Shown: positions 43,400-55,792 of the stretch, piece by piece
Layout of the letters: every line of letters begins with the position of its first letter
How positions within the stretch are numbered: position 1 is the first letter of the stretch
Source of the DNA: Leidyana gryllorum EB-2025a
Taxonomy: Eukaryota > Protista > Apicomplexa
Length of the DNA stretch: 64,000 bases
Reading direction: 5' to 3'
NCBI GenBank assembly: GCA_048772705.1
Contig: JBLWGC010000169.1
Location: 62,001 to 126,000 of the forward strand
Program-made: the position numbers and the translations under genes
Notes under the pieces: generated by a model
Database searches by the model: none
What the model saw: only the letters and a program-made list of their open reading frames with translations
What the model was told of the DNA's origin: nothing

Positions 43400-44870
43400 T
43401 CAGGTGATGACAGCGTCAGGTATCTTGTTGGCAGCAAGAGTACTTGTGATCTCGACTAGGGGCCGTCCTTTGGTCTCGGGTGCCATCAAGAAGGCAGCGA
43501 CCGTCATACCAGCATCGACTCCGCCAGCTATAAGGAATGTGACCTGAGTGCCCAGGTTCTCGAGTGCTAAAGGCGTTATGAGTGTCCCAGTGACTCCGAA
43601 AACTCGAGAAGTGGAGGCGGAGAAGGCAAACCCAGTACTTCTGATGCGGGTGGGGTATATTTCTGCTGGGTATATGACTGAGAGGGTAGACGCTGCTGCT
43701 GTCGCCATCTGGTAGAGTACCATCATGGCGACCGCAATGTAGGTTGGTAGTGTGCTGACAAGTCCACAGACTAGGAATCCCACAGCTTCGCAGGCCAGGG
43801 ACCCAATCATGACCGGCCGGCGTCCCACCCGGTCGACCAGAAGTACAGAAACTAAGCAGCCTGCAGTAGCGAAGGTGAATAAGATAGTGGCGACCTTTGC
43901 AGGTTCCGAAATGCCAAGTCCACTGAGTACAGAAGTAATGAAGGAGTTGAAGGAGAGGTTGATGAACATAGCTCCGGCCCACCAGGCGGTGACGAAAGCG
44001 ACCGGCACACGATTCTGTTTTGAGAAGACTTCGCGCCAATCAGATTGTTCGCAAACGGGTTCATCAAGAACGTCGGAAACGAACAGTTCAGGGTAGCGTG
44101 CTAGTGTAGCCCTGGCCTGGGCTTCCTTGCCCTTGTTCACATACCATCGGACGGATTCCGGAAGGGCACAGGCAGCTAGGAAGAGACATACAACAGCCGG
44201 CAGAGCGCAGATGCCTACGCAAAGGCGCCACATAGTCGGCGCGGGCATACCATTGGCAACTGCGAGCCAGCCACACAAGGCACCTGCAGTCAGACCGAGA
44301 TAATCGAAAACTTGAAGAAGGGCCAGGATTTGTCCACGATTAGCAGGCTGGAGTATCTCTGCGAGGTACGTGCCGCCACTGCACAAATAGCCTCCCATTG
44401 CGAGGCCCAAGCCGATTCGGCTACCTATGACAGCGGCGGCACGTGCGGTGACTGTTTGAAGGGCACCAAATATGGTAAACAGTGCCAGGAAGGATAAAAT
44501 GGCCTTCCGCCGCCCTACAGTGTCCGAAACGCGCCCTCCGATGAGCATTCCTAGGAGATTACCTGGGCGGACACACGTGTGTGCGCACAGAGACATGAAT
44601 ATAGTTGTTCATACCAATGGCCAAAGCGGACCCCATAAAGCCTTTCCAGCCAACGGAGAGGTCAAGGTCTGTGTCCAGCGCGTCCATAGCAACTCCAAGT
44701 CCACCCTGCGATACGCCTGTTGCAAAGTGTGACAGACATATGATGATGCAGCAGAGGGTTCGGGGGTGGAAGGTCAACTTGTTCATCAGGTAGTAGTAAT
44801 CGGGGTGGGCGGCATGTGCATGCTGCTCAAATTCTGCGTTGTCAAGATGTACATAATGATGTGGTGGCAT
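43400..44870 (-). CDS. MFS sugar/metabolite transporter (YaaU-like), tandem paralog; one intron (~44562-44613)
   Basis: SDTVGRR, YLAE, PESVRW, VDRVGRR, YPAEIYPTRIR and PETKG. Confidence 0.9.
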
Positions 44871-44878
44871 AAAAAACG

Positions 44879-46384
44879 ATGAGTATTAACCAAACGTTGA
44901 CCGTTGGAGTGGGCACTTTCGGCACATGGGCAGCAACCCATCTCTTCAATTCATTGGACCAGACTGTCGCTCTTTGGGAGGATTCTGGGGCTGACGGCGG
45001 CCCGATTTCGGAGGAGAGTGCAATAGCGTGTGGGCCACTATATTATGAAGCCTCAGAGTGGAAGTTTGAGCCCAACACCGTGCTTATAGAGGATCCCCAG
45101 ATGCAACTATACGAGGGTGAAGAAGACCAGGGTGACCACCCGTATCAAGTTTGGTATCGCGGAAAGCGCTCTCCTTTTCCCTCCCAGGGGTTTAATTTGG
45201 CCATCACTGCTCGAACTTACCGAGACTTTGCAGACTTTAAGCTGCCTGCCAGGCAATGCCCAAAGTTATACCCGGCGGAGGGCTCCCGAGAGAACGTCGA
45301 TATGGTGCACGATGCTTTGCGATTACAACTGGAGTCAAACGATCACCTGAGGGCTGTAAATGTTGCCCTGGGATCTCTAGATGACTACGGATTGCTCCAC
45401 TTCTTGCTCGACGAGCTGCCCAAAAAGGCAATATCCATGGCATGGAGTTTCGAAGATTTGAACGTCGGCACCCCATTGGTTGATCTCTTCCAGGGTCAGC
45501 TCCGACTTGAGATTATACGGTCGTTCGTAACACTGCATGAAGGCTTGAGGGGCAGCACCGCAAAACTATTGCTTCCTATCTATGCCTCGCCTTCTATCGT
45601 ACTGCCAGAGACGACTCAAGGCACTGAGAGCGCAATGTTTGACGTCAGGAGGCTGTATGATCGAGCGGCGCTGGCCGCTATGATTCTGGATTCTCTGACT
45701 CTACGATACCGAGAACCGCGACCAGGCGGTAACCTGCCTGCGCATCAGTGCTACGCTGAAATGGTGCCTTCCTTCTCTCCCATCGTCAGCACAGCCGTCA
45801 AAATGGCTGTTCCACCGGACGCCAAGACGAAACAGACCGCCCCGTCCAGAACAAGCAAAGGTGCCAGCCGCTCCGTCACCGACGACTACGAACCAGTCGC
45901 ATTGACCGGCGCGAGTTGTAAGGCATCGAAGAAGGTACTCTATGACGCCTCTTGCGTACACCGCAACGCTCGGGTTAATCGGCTCTGGGAAGAGCGTCCA
46001 GGTCACAAGCACTGTGTTTTCACAATGCGTCAGAATGCGATGCCACAGCCACCCCCCCAGTGGTTTGACAATCGGGGACTAATGTTCTCTGACCCTTATG
46101 CGTTGAGCTCGAGTCATTCCTTGGCAGTTCGAGGTTCCACTCTGCGCAACCACGTCGTATTTTCGACGCCTCTGCGATCCTGTCGGGTGGCCGTCGTGGG
46201 TGATCGCTCTCCAGGATTGATAGATGAGGGACTTAAGTGGGTCAAGGCGGGGATGCTCAACTCTGATATAATTGGTCGGGGTGAAAGGGATTACTGGATG
46301 GAATACCAAGAGAATCTAATCGGAATTCAAGAAGACCTAAATCTAGATCTTGATGATGTTGGTAGCCTAAGCGATGATTACTAA
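44879..46384 (+). CDS. MSTO1: Misato/DML1 tubulin-like protein
   Basis: N-terminal TLTVGVGTFGTWAATHLFN and LRLQLESNDHL match Misato segment II / tubulin-like motifs. Confidence 0.7.
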   Translation: MSINQTLTVGVGTFGTWAATHLFNSLDQTVALWEDSGADGGPISEESAIACGPLYYEASEWKFEPNTVLIEDPQMQLYEGEEDQGDHPYQVWYRGKRSPFPSQGFNLAITARTYRDFADFKLPARQCPKLYPAEGSRENVDMVHDALRLQLESNDHLRAVNVALGSLDDYGLLHFLLDELPKKAISMAWSFEDLNVGTPLVDLFQGQLRLEIIRSFVTLHEGLRGSTAKLLLPIYASPSIVLPETTQGTESAMFDVRRLYDRAALAAMILDSLTLRYREPRPGGNLPAHQCYAEMVPSFSPIVSTAVKMAVPPDAKTKQTAPSRTSKGASRSVTDDYEPVALTGASCKASKKVLYDASCVHRNARVNRLWEERPGHKHCVFTMRQNAMPQPPPQWFDNRGLMFSDPYALSSSHSLAVRGSTLRNHVVFSTPLRSCRVAVVGDRSPGLIDEGLKWVKAGMLNSDIIGRGERDYWMEYQENLIGIQEDLNLDLDDVGSLSDDY

Positions 46385-49300
46385 ACCCTGTTGATGTGTG
46401 CCAACAGGTTGTCCAATGCAGTTTCAAGTGCTACTTGCAGCGGTATCACTGGCATTTGAGGCCGTTGAGTGGCCGCTGGCATCGACGACCGTCGCCGAGA
46501 TTGCACACTACTTGGTGGCGACGCTGAGACGAATCGTCGGTCTGCCGACACTGGCGGAGGAATGACCGCCGAGGAGAAAGCAGGAATCAGACTCGTCAGC
46601 GAGATGTCCCCTCCGCTGCCGGGCGGACCGTTATCGGCGAAGGTGCCTTTAGACTCATCATCGCTGGATGCGACCGTGTGTTTGTCTCCCGTTGCTGCGT
46701 GCCGATCTATCGCGTCCAATACCTCCTGCGCGTGTTATGACTCGATAAAAAGCGTTCAGAAACTGTTACATGGACACAATGGCGCCCAATAACATAGACA
46801 CACACACGGAGACACCGGTCATACAAACACGACACACCACACCAGAGTTGAGGCAAATGCAGATTGCTGACGGTTACCACTAATGTATCACCGCCCAACA
46901 CGCGATGGTTTGCCATTCCGGGATGATGGCCCACGTGGTCGCCTCCTTTGGGCGGCGCGCTGCTTTCCGATCTCTCGATCCGTACATCCTGTTCCGATGC
47001 GACTCTGTGGTACATGAGAACGTATGGCGTATCGACCTGATTGAGGGCCATACGAGTCACAGCCGAGAACTCGATGGGAGTGACTGAACTGTCATCAAAG
47101 CTGAACCACAAGCTGTCAGTAGAGGTGTCAGCATGGCTCAAGGGCTGGAAGCCGAGGGCTCTGCCGCATACTTTGTAGTGGCCTGAGTGCAGTGATTCGC
47201 CACTGTGTATAATGACGGCATAGAGGTGGTATATATCGTAGTCCACCACAGCAGTTTCGATAGATGCACAGTCTGGGGATGTGATTTTGGGGATGCCGAC
47301 GAATCGTGACAATATAACCGGTTGTCGTATTTTGTGGCTTTGGCCCCGATGTCTGAAGCGGTTCAGAACGACCATCAGAACTGGCGGCAGGCGAGTGAGA
47401 AAAGTCTGTTTGTGAGAGTGGCCGAGCACTCCACATCCCTCGCTGACATCACAAGTGTAGTCAGTCAAAGCTTCATTGGTCAGATATCTGTTCCAAAACA
47501 GTACATTGAGGCATTGGAGAGGCGGCAACCGATTTCAACACTCACCGGTCGAACAAGTTGAGCAGAGTGGTGGGGGTTTCGTACTCAATGTGATTGTATT
47601 TGATTGGAGTGCCCTCATCAGAGCCACTGCAGGCCCTCCTACGATACAGACGTGAGAGAGTGAAGACTTGCTCTGTATCGGAAAGATTGGTATTATCCAA
47701 ATTCGAGCTCGGATGCTGTGAGCTCTCTCTGCAGGTGTTAGTGTTGGGGGAGGGCGGCGTGGAGCGGTGGCGGGTGGGATGGCCACTGGAAGAGGTGCTC
47801 AACACCTGATCGTCCGTACTGACTTCTGAGAGCGAGCTGTCCCTCGTAGTCACCGATGAGGTCTGGGAGGCAGCGTTGTAGACACTGGAGGCAATGGAGG
47901 CGTTTACGCCGCCGCCACCGCCCGCGCGCCGCGGAAGTCGAGTGTTATAGTTTCGAGCTTCGATGATTTCCTGAAGCGGCGGATGGATCATTACGCCGCC
48001 GTTGCGGGAGGAGTGAAGTAGTGATGTCCGTAAGAGGCCCTCAGTGCCGGTGGTGGCAGTGGGCGGGACGACGGGGTTCGGTCGGCACGACGAAGCCGTC
48101 GAGGTGCTATCGACAAAAGAGATCGGACGGGCGTTCGTATTTGCCGTTGTGCCATCTGCGTTGTCCTCATCTGGAGTTTGGAGGGTGCCCAAGCCGCCGA
48201 GGTCTGGCGGGTCGGCCGAGGCTTCGGTGTGTATATCTTCGACAGCGGTGGGTTCGGTCTGCACGTCTTCCATTGGGCTCTGTGACTGCGGCTGAGCGCT
48301 CTGTTGATCCATCGGTAACAACAGTGCGTAGAAAGAGTCTTTCAGAAGGTGCTTTCGGGGACACGACCCGCAAGCCAACAAGGAGCACTGCTCGATTCGG
48401 AATAGAGAGGCGATCGATTGTGCCGGAGCTTCCAAACACGGAACAGCGTTTCCAGCAGACTCCAGTGTCGTCAACTGATTCAACATCCACTGTAACAGCT
48501 CAAACACGTCTTCCTGAGACCCTCGTCCAAACGGACACAGATCCGACAGGTTGTCCAAGTTGAGGGACCGCCGATCAGTCAGGTGTGCCTCCACCAAACA
48601 TCGCAACAGAACCCACGTACAACGCAGATTGGGCGAATCCAATCCTCGGGGGTCAATGTTCACAACTTCACGCCAACTAACTCTACACGTGGACAAAATA
48701 TCGTACCGCGCACATAGTTTGTCAGGGGTTGCACACACTTACGCGCGGAAGCTCTGCGATTCTTGCAGGTATCCAAAGTTGACTTCGGGCCACAGCAAAT
48801 TGATCCCCTCTCCCGACGAGGCCCCCAGACTGGAAAGCCGCCGGAAAAGGCACTCACGAATCGAATAGAGGATTGGACTCGTCAGGAACAGAGCATTCAC
48901 CGCTGCGGCCACAAAGCAGGTGTTGCCCATATTCTCCCACCCCGCGCCGCCTTCACGGTGCACACGAAGCGGACGCAACGCGTCTGTCCGGAGAAACTCC
49001 TGCGGCATCCGCGACATCAGAACCTGACCAAATCAGCCTGGCGCTCTGATCACACACCACACACCCACCCGCTGAATGCGTCCGGCTCGCACTTCTGTAA
49101 AGGATAACACCTCGATGAGCTGTTCCCGGACAGCGGGATCGGTCACTCGGATGAAACTCCGTAAGAATAGCGAAGCCCCTTTGTCTTCAGAGAAGAGGTG
49201 GATAAAACTCTCAGTCAAGATAAAGCTCAGCGGCAGAGACGCAAACCGCTCCAAGGCCAAAAGACGGTCTAACGTGCGCCGAAACACCGCAATCGCCCGG

Positions 49301-50282
49301 GAAACCCGGTAACCACATGGACCCCCCGATGGCGGACACACCGGAAAAAGATTCAACAGTACCACAAAGGCCACCAATCCTGCCTGAATGCGCTCGCGAG
49401 CATTCAGTTTGCAAATTGCAACTTGCCTGTTGAGCATTCGTGCAGTGTGCAAATGCACTGCCGATCATTGAGACGGCTACTTCTGGCACTTCAGCCAAAG
49501 GAGCGGGCAGTAACAAATCGTCCACACATATTGATACTAAGGTTGCCACCAAATCCAGATCGGGGTCATCCAGTGTATAGTCTGTCCCCAGGTCGCGAAC
49601 ATGTGACCCAATCAACCATGCCAAACCCGATCGCAGTTTTAGCGAACCCGACCGACCGTGCACCAACAAACTCAGTGACTGCGCTCGACCAATGGGCACA
49701 AAATACATCACGTCAAATCACACAGACAAACACACAGGTCGGGTTGTGTCAGTTGACACGCCCACACACTCCTTTTCACACACCCCCTGTCACCCCCCCA
49801 CACGACACTTACTCGGACGGCTGGGCTGGGAGGGAGTGGTGAAAGCAGATAGCTATTGTTGGGAAGGGAGGGTCGCCAGGCATCACCGACTATCCGTTGT
49901 GCGACAAGTGTGAGTACTGACAGAAACGTGTCTTCTCAACTCTATAGCTTGAGTGATCCGACTTACACGAAGGTGTCATGTCGTCCTCTTGGATATTTAA
50001 TAAATGACGCAGAATGACGCCGGCGTGACCGGTATTGAGGTGCAGAGCGTCAGACCAATACTGTCTGTGTAGCTGACATGACAGCTTGTTGCATGGCAAT
50101 CGCACAGTAGGGATCTGCCACCATCCCAGGAGGAAGTCTTGCGGATCGACACTTTTGGATTCTAATCTCTCCTGCAGCTCAGTGGTGCTGTACTGTCTGA
50201 AACGCTCGTAGACGCTCAATATGTCGGTGACACGCGACTGAACACTCGCCCATTCGGCCTCTGTGCACTGACACAATGACAT
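46381..50282 (-). CDS. Ubiquitin-specific protease (C19) with helical N-terminal region, multi-exon
   Basis: Cys box WENMGNTCF, QEDVFE, LNRF, His box HSGESLHSGHY, WFSFDDS and PYVLMY. The last exon (EVLDAID…) ends at 46381. Confidence 0.88.
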
Positions 50283-50303
50283 ACTTTTAACCTTTTTGTT
50301 CCC

Positions 50304-52822
50304 ATGCCCGTCAAGCGTGTCAAAAGAGAGTCGGATGATTTCTCCTCGTCGCCTCAGCAGCCAAAGAAGACTGCCCGAACTACCAAAAGGACCACACCCG
50401 CTGTCAAACCTGAACCCGCCGCAGATGCTCCCCAGGAATCAACTGGCATCAGTGGCCTCCGCATCTGCTGTACGGGACTCACGGAGGTTATGACTCGTGA
50501 CCTCTGGGAAGCCAAACTCAAACGGGTCAGTTTGCTGTGTCGATCATGTCTCCGTCCATACTACTATTGCGTGCAAAGTTGTGCTTCCTTCGTGCACACA
50601 ACTCAATATGCGCTCTTGCACTTTGCATTGACAGGCCGGCGCTTCCGTCACTAGTGCGGTGTCTGGAGTCACTAACGTATTGCTGTATGGCCCGAAACTG
50701 GAAGATGGACGGGAGTATAAGGAGGGCTCAAAGTACCGGAAGGCCCAAGAGTTATTAGCCTCTGGCAAGAGCAAAGGGAACATTCGGATTCTGTCGGAAG
50801 CCGAGTTCCTCGAGGCATATCCGGAGCTCAAACCAGCGGGGGCCGTCAAGACGGGCGCCAATGCTCCACCCCTCGAGACAAAGTCCACTCACTTTATGTG
50901 GTCTGAGAAGTGGCGCCCCCGTCAGCCCTCTGACTTTGTCTTTAACAGTGCGGCCTACCAGTCTCTCGAACACTGGTTGAAGGCCTGGACCCCCTCTCAG
51001 GAGGACGAAAAGGGCGCTCTGCTCTGTGGACCGCCAGGAATCGGCAAAACTTCAGCTGTTCTGGCGCTCGCTGAGAATCTCGGGTACAAAATGGTGGAGT
51101 TTAACGCGTCCGACACACGAAGTCAAAAGTCACTCAAAGGTAATTTAGTAACGACTCCCTATCTCTCCTCGGCCAACAAACTCATACCAACAGGCCTTCA
51201 TGCACTCATTTCTGGCGGGGCGAGTCTGAGCAAGGGCGAGGTTCACGAACGCCTGCTTATATTGATGGACGAGGCCGACGGCTTATCCAGTGGTGATCGG
51301 GGGGGAGCTCAAGAGTTGGGAAAGCTCCTAAAGATCTCTAGGATCCCGATCATTTGCACCTGCAACGACAAGCAGCACCCCAAGGTACGGCTTGCCACCA
51401 CCGATCGAGCACGGTTTGCTCGCCTGCTGTTTGTTGCGCAACTTTAAAGTGCACGGCGCAAACGCTCATCTGATGATCGCTGCAATCTCAGGTGCGCACG
51501 CTGGCCAAGAGTTGCCGAGTGATCATATTCCAGAAGCCCGACATGATGACGGCCACCGACCGGGCATCACGGATAATCAAAAAGTGAGTTATGGTGATCT
51601 ATTTTGTTGATTGTTTTCAGAGAGGGTTTCACGGTGGATGACCGGTTCATCCAGTCGATGTACGAGAGCACCCATGGTGACATGCGGCATCTCTTGAACG
51701 GTCTTCAGATGGCATTGTTGGGGACATTAAATCCGTCGAGCTGTACTGATCTGAGAAAGTTTGTACTGAAGGATCCCAATGTAAGTCGGGTGGGGACTTT
51801 TTGTCTCGGGCTTGTGGGGTGCCTATGATTGGGCGGCCCCTTTTTGAGCCTTGTCGTGACTGATTCCTTCAGACATCTGACGATGCGTTTGCAACTGTGC
51901 GACGGCTGTTTGCGCGAGACAACGTGCACATGAGTGACTCTGATCGGTTGACAGCCTTCTTCAGCAACTATGAGGACATCCCAGTGTTGGTGGCGGAGAA
52001 CTACATTCGCATTCCTCCCGTGAGCGGGTCGAAGGCGGACCATTTCCAGACGTGAGTGGGCACAGATTCTGACATTTTCAATTTCGATGTGTTAGGATCA
52101 ATGTGGTGGCGGAAATGATATCCTATGCGGTCGTATTGGATAATATCATCCGTGGACAGCAGCAGTGGGATCTGCTGACCGACTATGGCTGGTTCTCGAC
52201 TGTGTTTCCGACAAAGCGTATAACTGGAACTATGTTTCATGGACCGATGTTTCCCCGTTTATACGGACGGATTTCATCGTTCACCAAACATCGTCGGCAG
52301 TTTGGCGAGTTGAGCGCCAAAACAGGTCGAGCCGGTCGACGGCTGATCACTGATGGATACTTTGAGTTGCTGGGAGCCGAGTTGGTGAAGCCTTTGAAGG
52401 AAGACGATATCACCATCCCAGAGAAGATCGAAGAGTTCTATCACGGCCTAAACGAGTACGGACTAACCCGTGATATGGTGGTGGAGAACTTGATGGAAAC
52501 TCGGATTGGCAAAGCGGGCGATACTCCATACGACAAGGTGGACACCAAGACCAAGAATGCCTTGACACGTGCTGACAAAGCTCTTGTGGCTCCAGGACAG
52601 GTAGCCTCGAGTCATAGAACCAAAGGCACTGCCAAGAAGGGGCCAGGCGCTAAGCCGAAACGAGCTTCGTCTAAACGGGGGGCTGCCAGCACCTCGTCAC
52701 AATCAGCCGCTGCATCGCCTGCTCCCAAACTCACTTCCGCCGACCCCAGTGAGACCGAAGAGGAAGTAGACATCGAAAATGAGAAGGAAGAAGAGGAAGC
52801 CCGTATGGCAACTATCTTTTAG
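50304..52822 (+). CDS. RFC1: Replication factor C large subunit, multi-exon
   Basis: BRCT domain (GLRICCTG…GSKYRKA), WSEKWRP, GPPGIGKT, EFNASD, MDEADG.S.GDRGG, ICTCND, QQWDLL and FP…G..S. Confidence 0.93.
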
Positions 52823-53365
52823 CTTGAGAATCGCAGTGTCAAACGTTCGATCTAGTTAGCACACACACGGAGACACGGGGTGACACGTTGTTTGAACGAG
52901 CTCTTTAGTGCACTCTGGCGCTGTCGGCCGCGCCCAGGCCGCTGCGAGAGACCATTGATCCGCAGATATCAATTAAACTATGATTAAAAGCCCCTCCACA
53001 CTCTCAAGCTGGCTTCGCCAACCGGGTAAGTTTAGGAAGACGACATAGTATCCCCGACGGCCGGCCGGTCGGTAGGTCGGTCACAGACTGTTTCCTTCTT
53101 GGCTTGGCTTGGCTTAGATTAGATTAGGGTGACCACTTGAACGCTTGGGGTGAGTCTGTGGCAGGCGGAGTGTGGGGAGGGCGAAAAGAATCTTGATAGT
53201 ATTTTCCCAATGGAATGGTGTCTCTTCTTATTGGCGCGCACACACAAAAAAAACGGTGTCGCGATCTGTGAAGTTCTCTCTCTCATCGGGTCAGCTCTCA
53301 GATTCTCATCTCTCCCCTCTCGGCCTCCTCTTTAGAAGTTTCCCCACTTTTGACCTTTGCATACC

Positions 53366-55086
53366 ATGGCCCAACCCATCGACGGTGCTGCTCCCCAATT
53401 CGGCAACGAGGGTGTTCCTTCTGGGGCCGTTGTCCCTGTCAACGAGGTCCAGGGCACCACTACAACCTCGCAGCAAGTGACATCTCAAATGATTCCATCT
53501 GGGATGACCACTGAGACCCGTACATATTCGCAAACGACATCCCAAGGTCCGATTGTTGAGCAGCTGGTGACTGGAGGTCACAATTACTACGCGGCTGCGA
53601 GCGGTGCCTACCAAGGTGCCGCGACATCTTACCAGAGCGGCGCTTCGTCTGCGTACCAGGGAGCAGCGATGCTGACGAGTGGTGGTGCCGCCGGCGGTGC
53701 ATCTAACCTGATAAGTGCTCAGCAGACGACCGCAAGTGGCGCTGGCTACTCGCAGCAGAGCGCTTACGGCACCACAGCCGCGTATGGCGCGAGCAGCAGC
53801 ACCGCGCCTGCTGTGTACTCGACGGGCGGTGCTGAATTCAGTTACACCGCTACGGGGCAGAGCGCTTCCCAAGGAGTCTATGTGAGTGTTGCGGGGTTCG
53901 GGCGGCGGTTGTTGTTCGATTGTTGACTTTGTGTTTGTCTCTGCAGAGCTCAAGTCAAGTGATCCGTGGGACGAGTGGTGTGACTGAGCACAGTCGTGTG
54001 ATTGGTCATGAATACGGGCAGGAGCGTATCGTTTCGGTGACATCGCATGTGGACGAGTCTCGCGCGAGTGTGATCTCTGAGCGTTATGTGGAGTACGAAG
54101 TGAAAGTGCCAAAGAAGATTGTGCGTGAAGAAATGATAGAAAAGGTGATTGTTAAGTTGGAGCCGGTGCGTCTGGAGGAGACAATTGAAGAAGTCCAGAA
54201 AGTGCGCGAGAAGATTGTGGAGGTGGCCAAGCCTACGATTGTGGAGAAGGTGGTTGAAGTACCGGAGATTGAGTGGGTGGAGCGTATTGTTGAGATTCCG
54301 GAGAAGGTGGTGCAGGAGAAAGTCCACCACGTGGAGAAGGTCCACTACGAGGAGCGTATCCAACAAGTTCAGAAAGTGATTCCTCAGGAGCGAATTCGTG
54401 AGATTCCGGAGTATGTTATTCGTGACGTGCCTGTTGAGCGTGTTGTGGAGGTTCCTGAGTACCGAGAGGAAGTTATTATTCGGGAGGTCCCGGTTCCTCA
54501 GTACGTGGACAAGCCCGTCCCTCAGGAAGTGCAAGTGGAGAAATTCGTTGACTTGGAGCGCAAGATCCCTGTGCCGGTGGAAGCCATTGTTGCCTACGAG
54601 TACCGGATGCCTCGCATCAAACCTCGCTACTCCAAGGTCACTTATCCCGTCTACTTACCCCGCTTCATTGAAATTCCGGTCGCTGTCGACTTGCTCAACG
54701 CGGGTCTGCTGAGCCACGCCGAGAACTACCTCGGCCAAGTCCAGAGCCTCACTCGCAGCGCTACTTCGCTCTGCGAGATCGAGGGTCTCGCCGCTCAGAT
54801 CATGAAGGCCGATCTGCAGGCTCAGCTGCAGTCCGTCGACCTGCAGGCCGCTGTTCTCAAGGCCTGGCAATCAAACACCATTCAGACCTCTTCCACCACC
54901 CACACCACCACCGCACACTACGGAGGCGCTGCTACAACAAACTACACCGCCTACTCGGCCACCACCGCCGGTGGAGCCTCTGGTGCCTTCACCACCTCGA
55001 TGGCGGCTCCGCTGGGAGCCACTGGCGTCGTCTCGGTCACCCGGGAGCACAAGAAGTCCAAGAAATCTAGCAAGCACCGCGCCTAA
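53366..55086 (+). CDS. Alveolin / inner membrane complex (IMC1-family) protein; 2 exons
   Basis: EKIVEVP/ERIVEIP repeats and YPVYLPRFIEIP. Intron gtgagt..ctgcag at ~53882-53946. Confidence 0.9.
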
Positions 55087-55230
55087 ACTTCCACAAATAA
55101 TTTCATCGCCGCCAATAAACATCACTTAGACCATTTGCTTGTTAATCCTACCAAGTTAGAAACCGAACACTCCTTTGTGGTGCGCGCGCGCCCGGTGTTT
55201 TTACACACACCCACACCTCCCCTCTCACAT

Positions 55231-55524
55231 ATGCGCGTAACAGCCCAGCAAGAAGACTTCACCAGGGGGCGGTCCTTCGGGACCACAATCGCGCGGGCCA
55301 TCTCCTTTCTCACGGGATCTCTCACAGGCCTCATCTCGGAGACCTGCTGTGCCCCGCCCCTCTTGGAGGACCTCCAGGGTGCGCGCATTCGGCCTCCACC
55401 TATGGCCATCGACCACGATGAGATGCGTCTACAAACACAGTCTCTACTCATCAGTCACCTAATCTCTCAAGGATGGACCCCTCCCCACAACCCCTACCTC
55501 ATGTCGACCAAAGACAGATGGTGA
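55231..55524 (+). CDS. Hypothetical 97-aa protein
   Basis: ATG-initiated ORF in an otherwise gene-free gap. Confidence 0.35.
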   Translation: MRVTAQQEDFTRGRSFGTTIARAISFLTGSLTGLISETCCAPPLLEDLQGARIRPPPMAIDHDEMRLQTQSLLISHLISQGWTPPHNPYLMSTKDRW

Positions 55525-55633
55525 CGCGGAACAAGCGTTTCGACTCCCTTTGGCTGCTGTTACCTGCCAGCCGCTTGGACCCCGACTCGAGTCGCCGTCT
55601 CCTGCCACACAGCCGTCTCCGTCGACTCGAGTC

Positions 55634-55792
55634 GCCGTCTCCTTTCACATTTTGCCGTCTCCGTCTCCTTTCACATTTTGCCGTCTCCGTCTTCTTTCAC
55701 ATTTTGCCGTCTCCGTCTCCTTTCACAGTTTGCCGTCTCCGTCTCCTTTCACATTTTGCCGTCTCCGTCTCCTTTCACATTTTGCCGTCTCC
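55634..55792. repeat. 26-bp minisatellite (~6 copies)
   Basis: ccgtctccgtctcctttcacattttg in tandem, with no spacers. Confidence 0.92.

Noticed and set aside
55634-55792. CRISPR array
   Set aside because: The 26-bp units are directly adjacent with no unique spacers, the context is eukaryotic and there are no cas genes.
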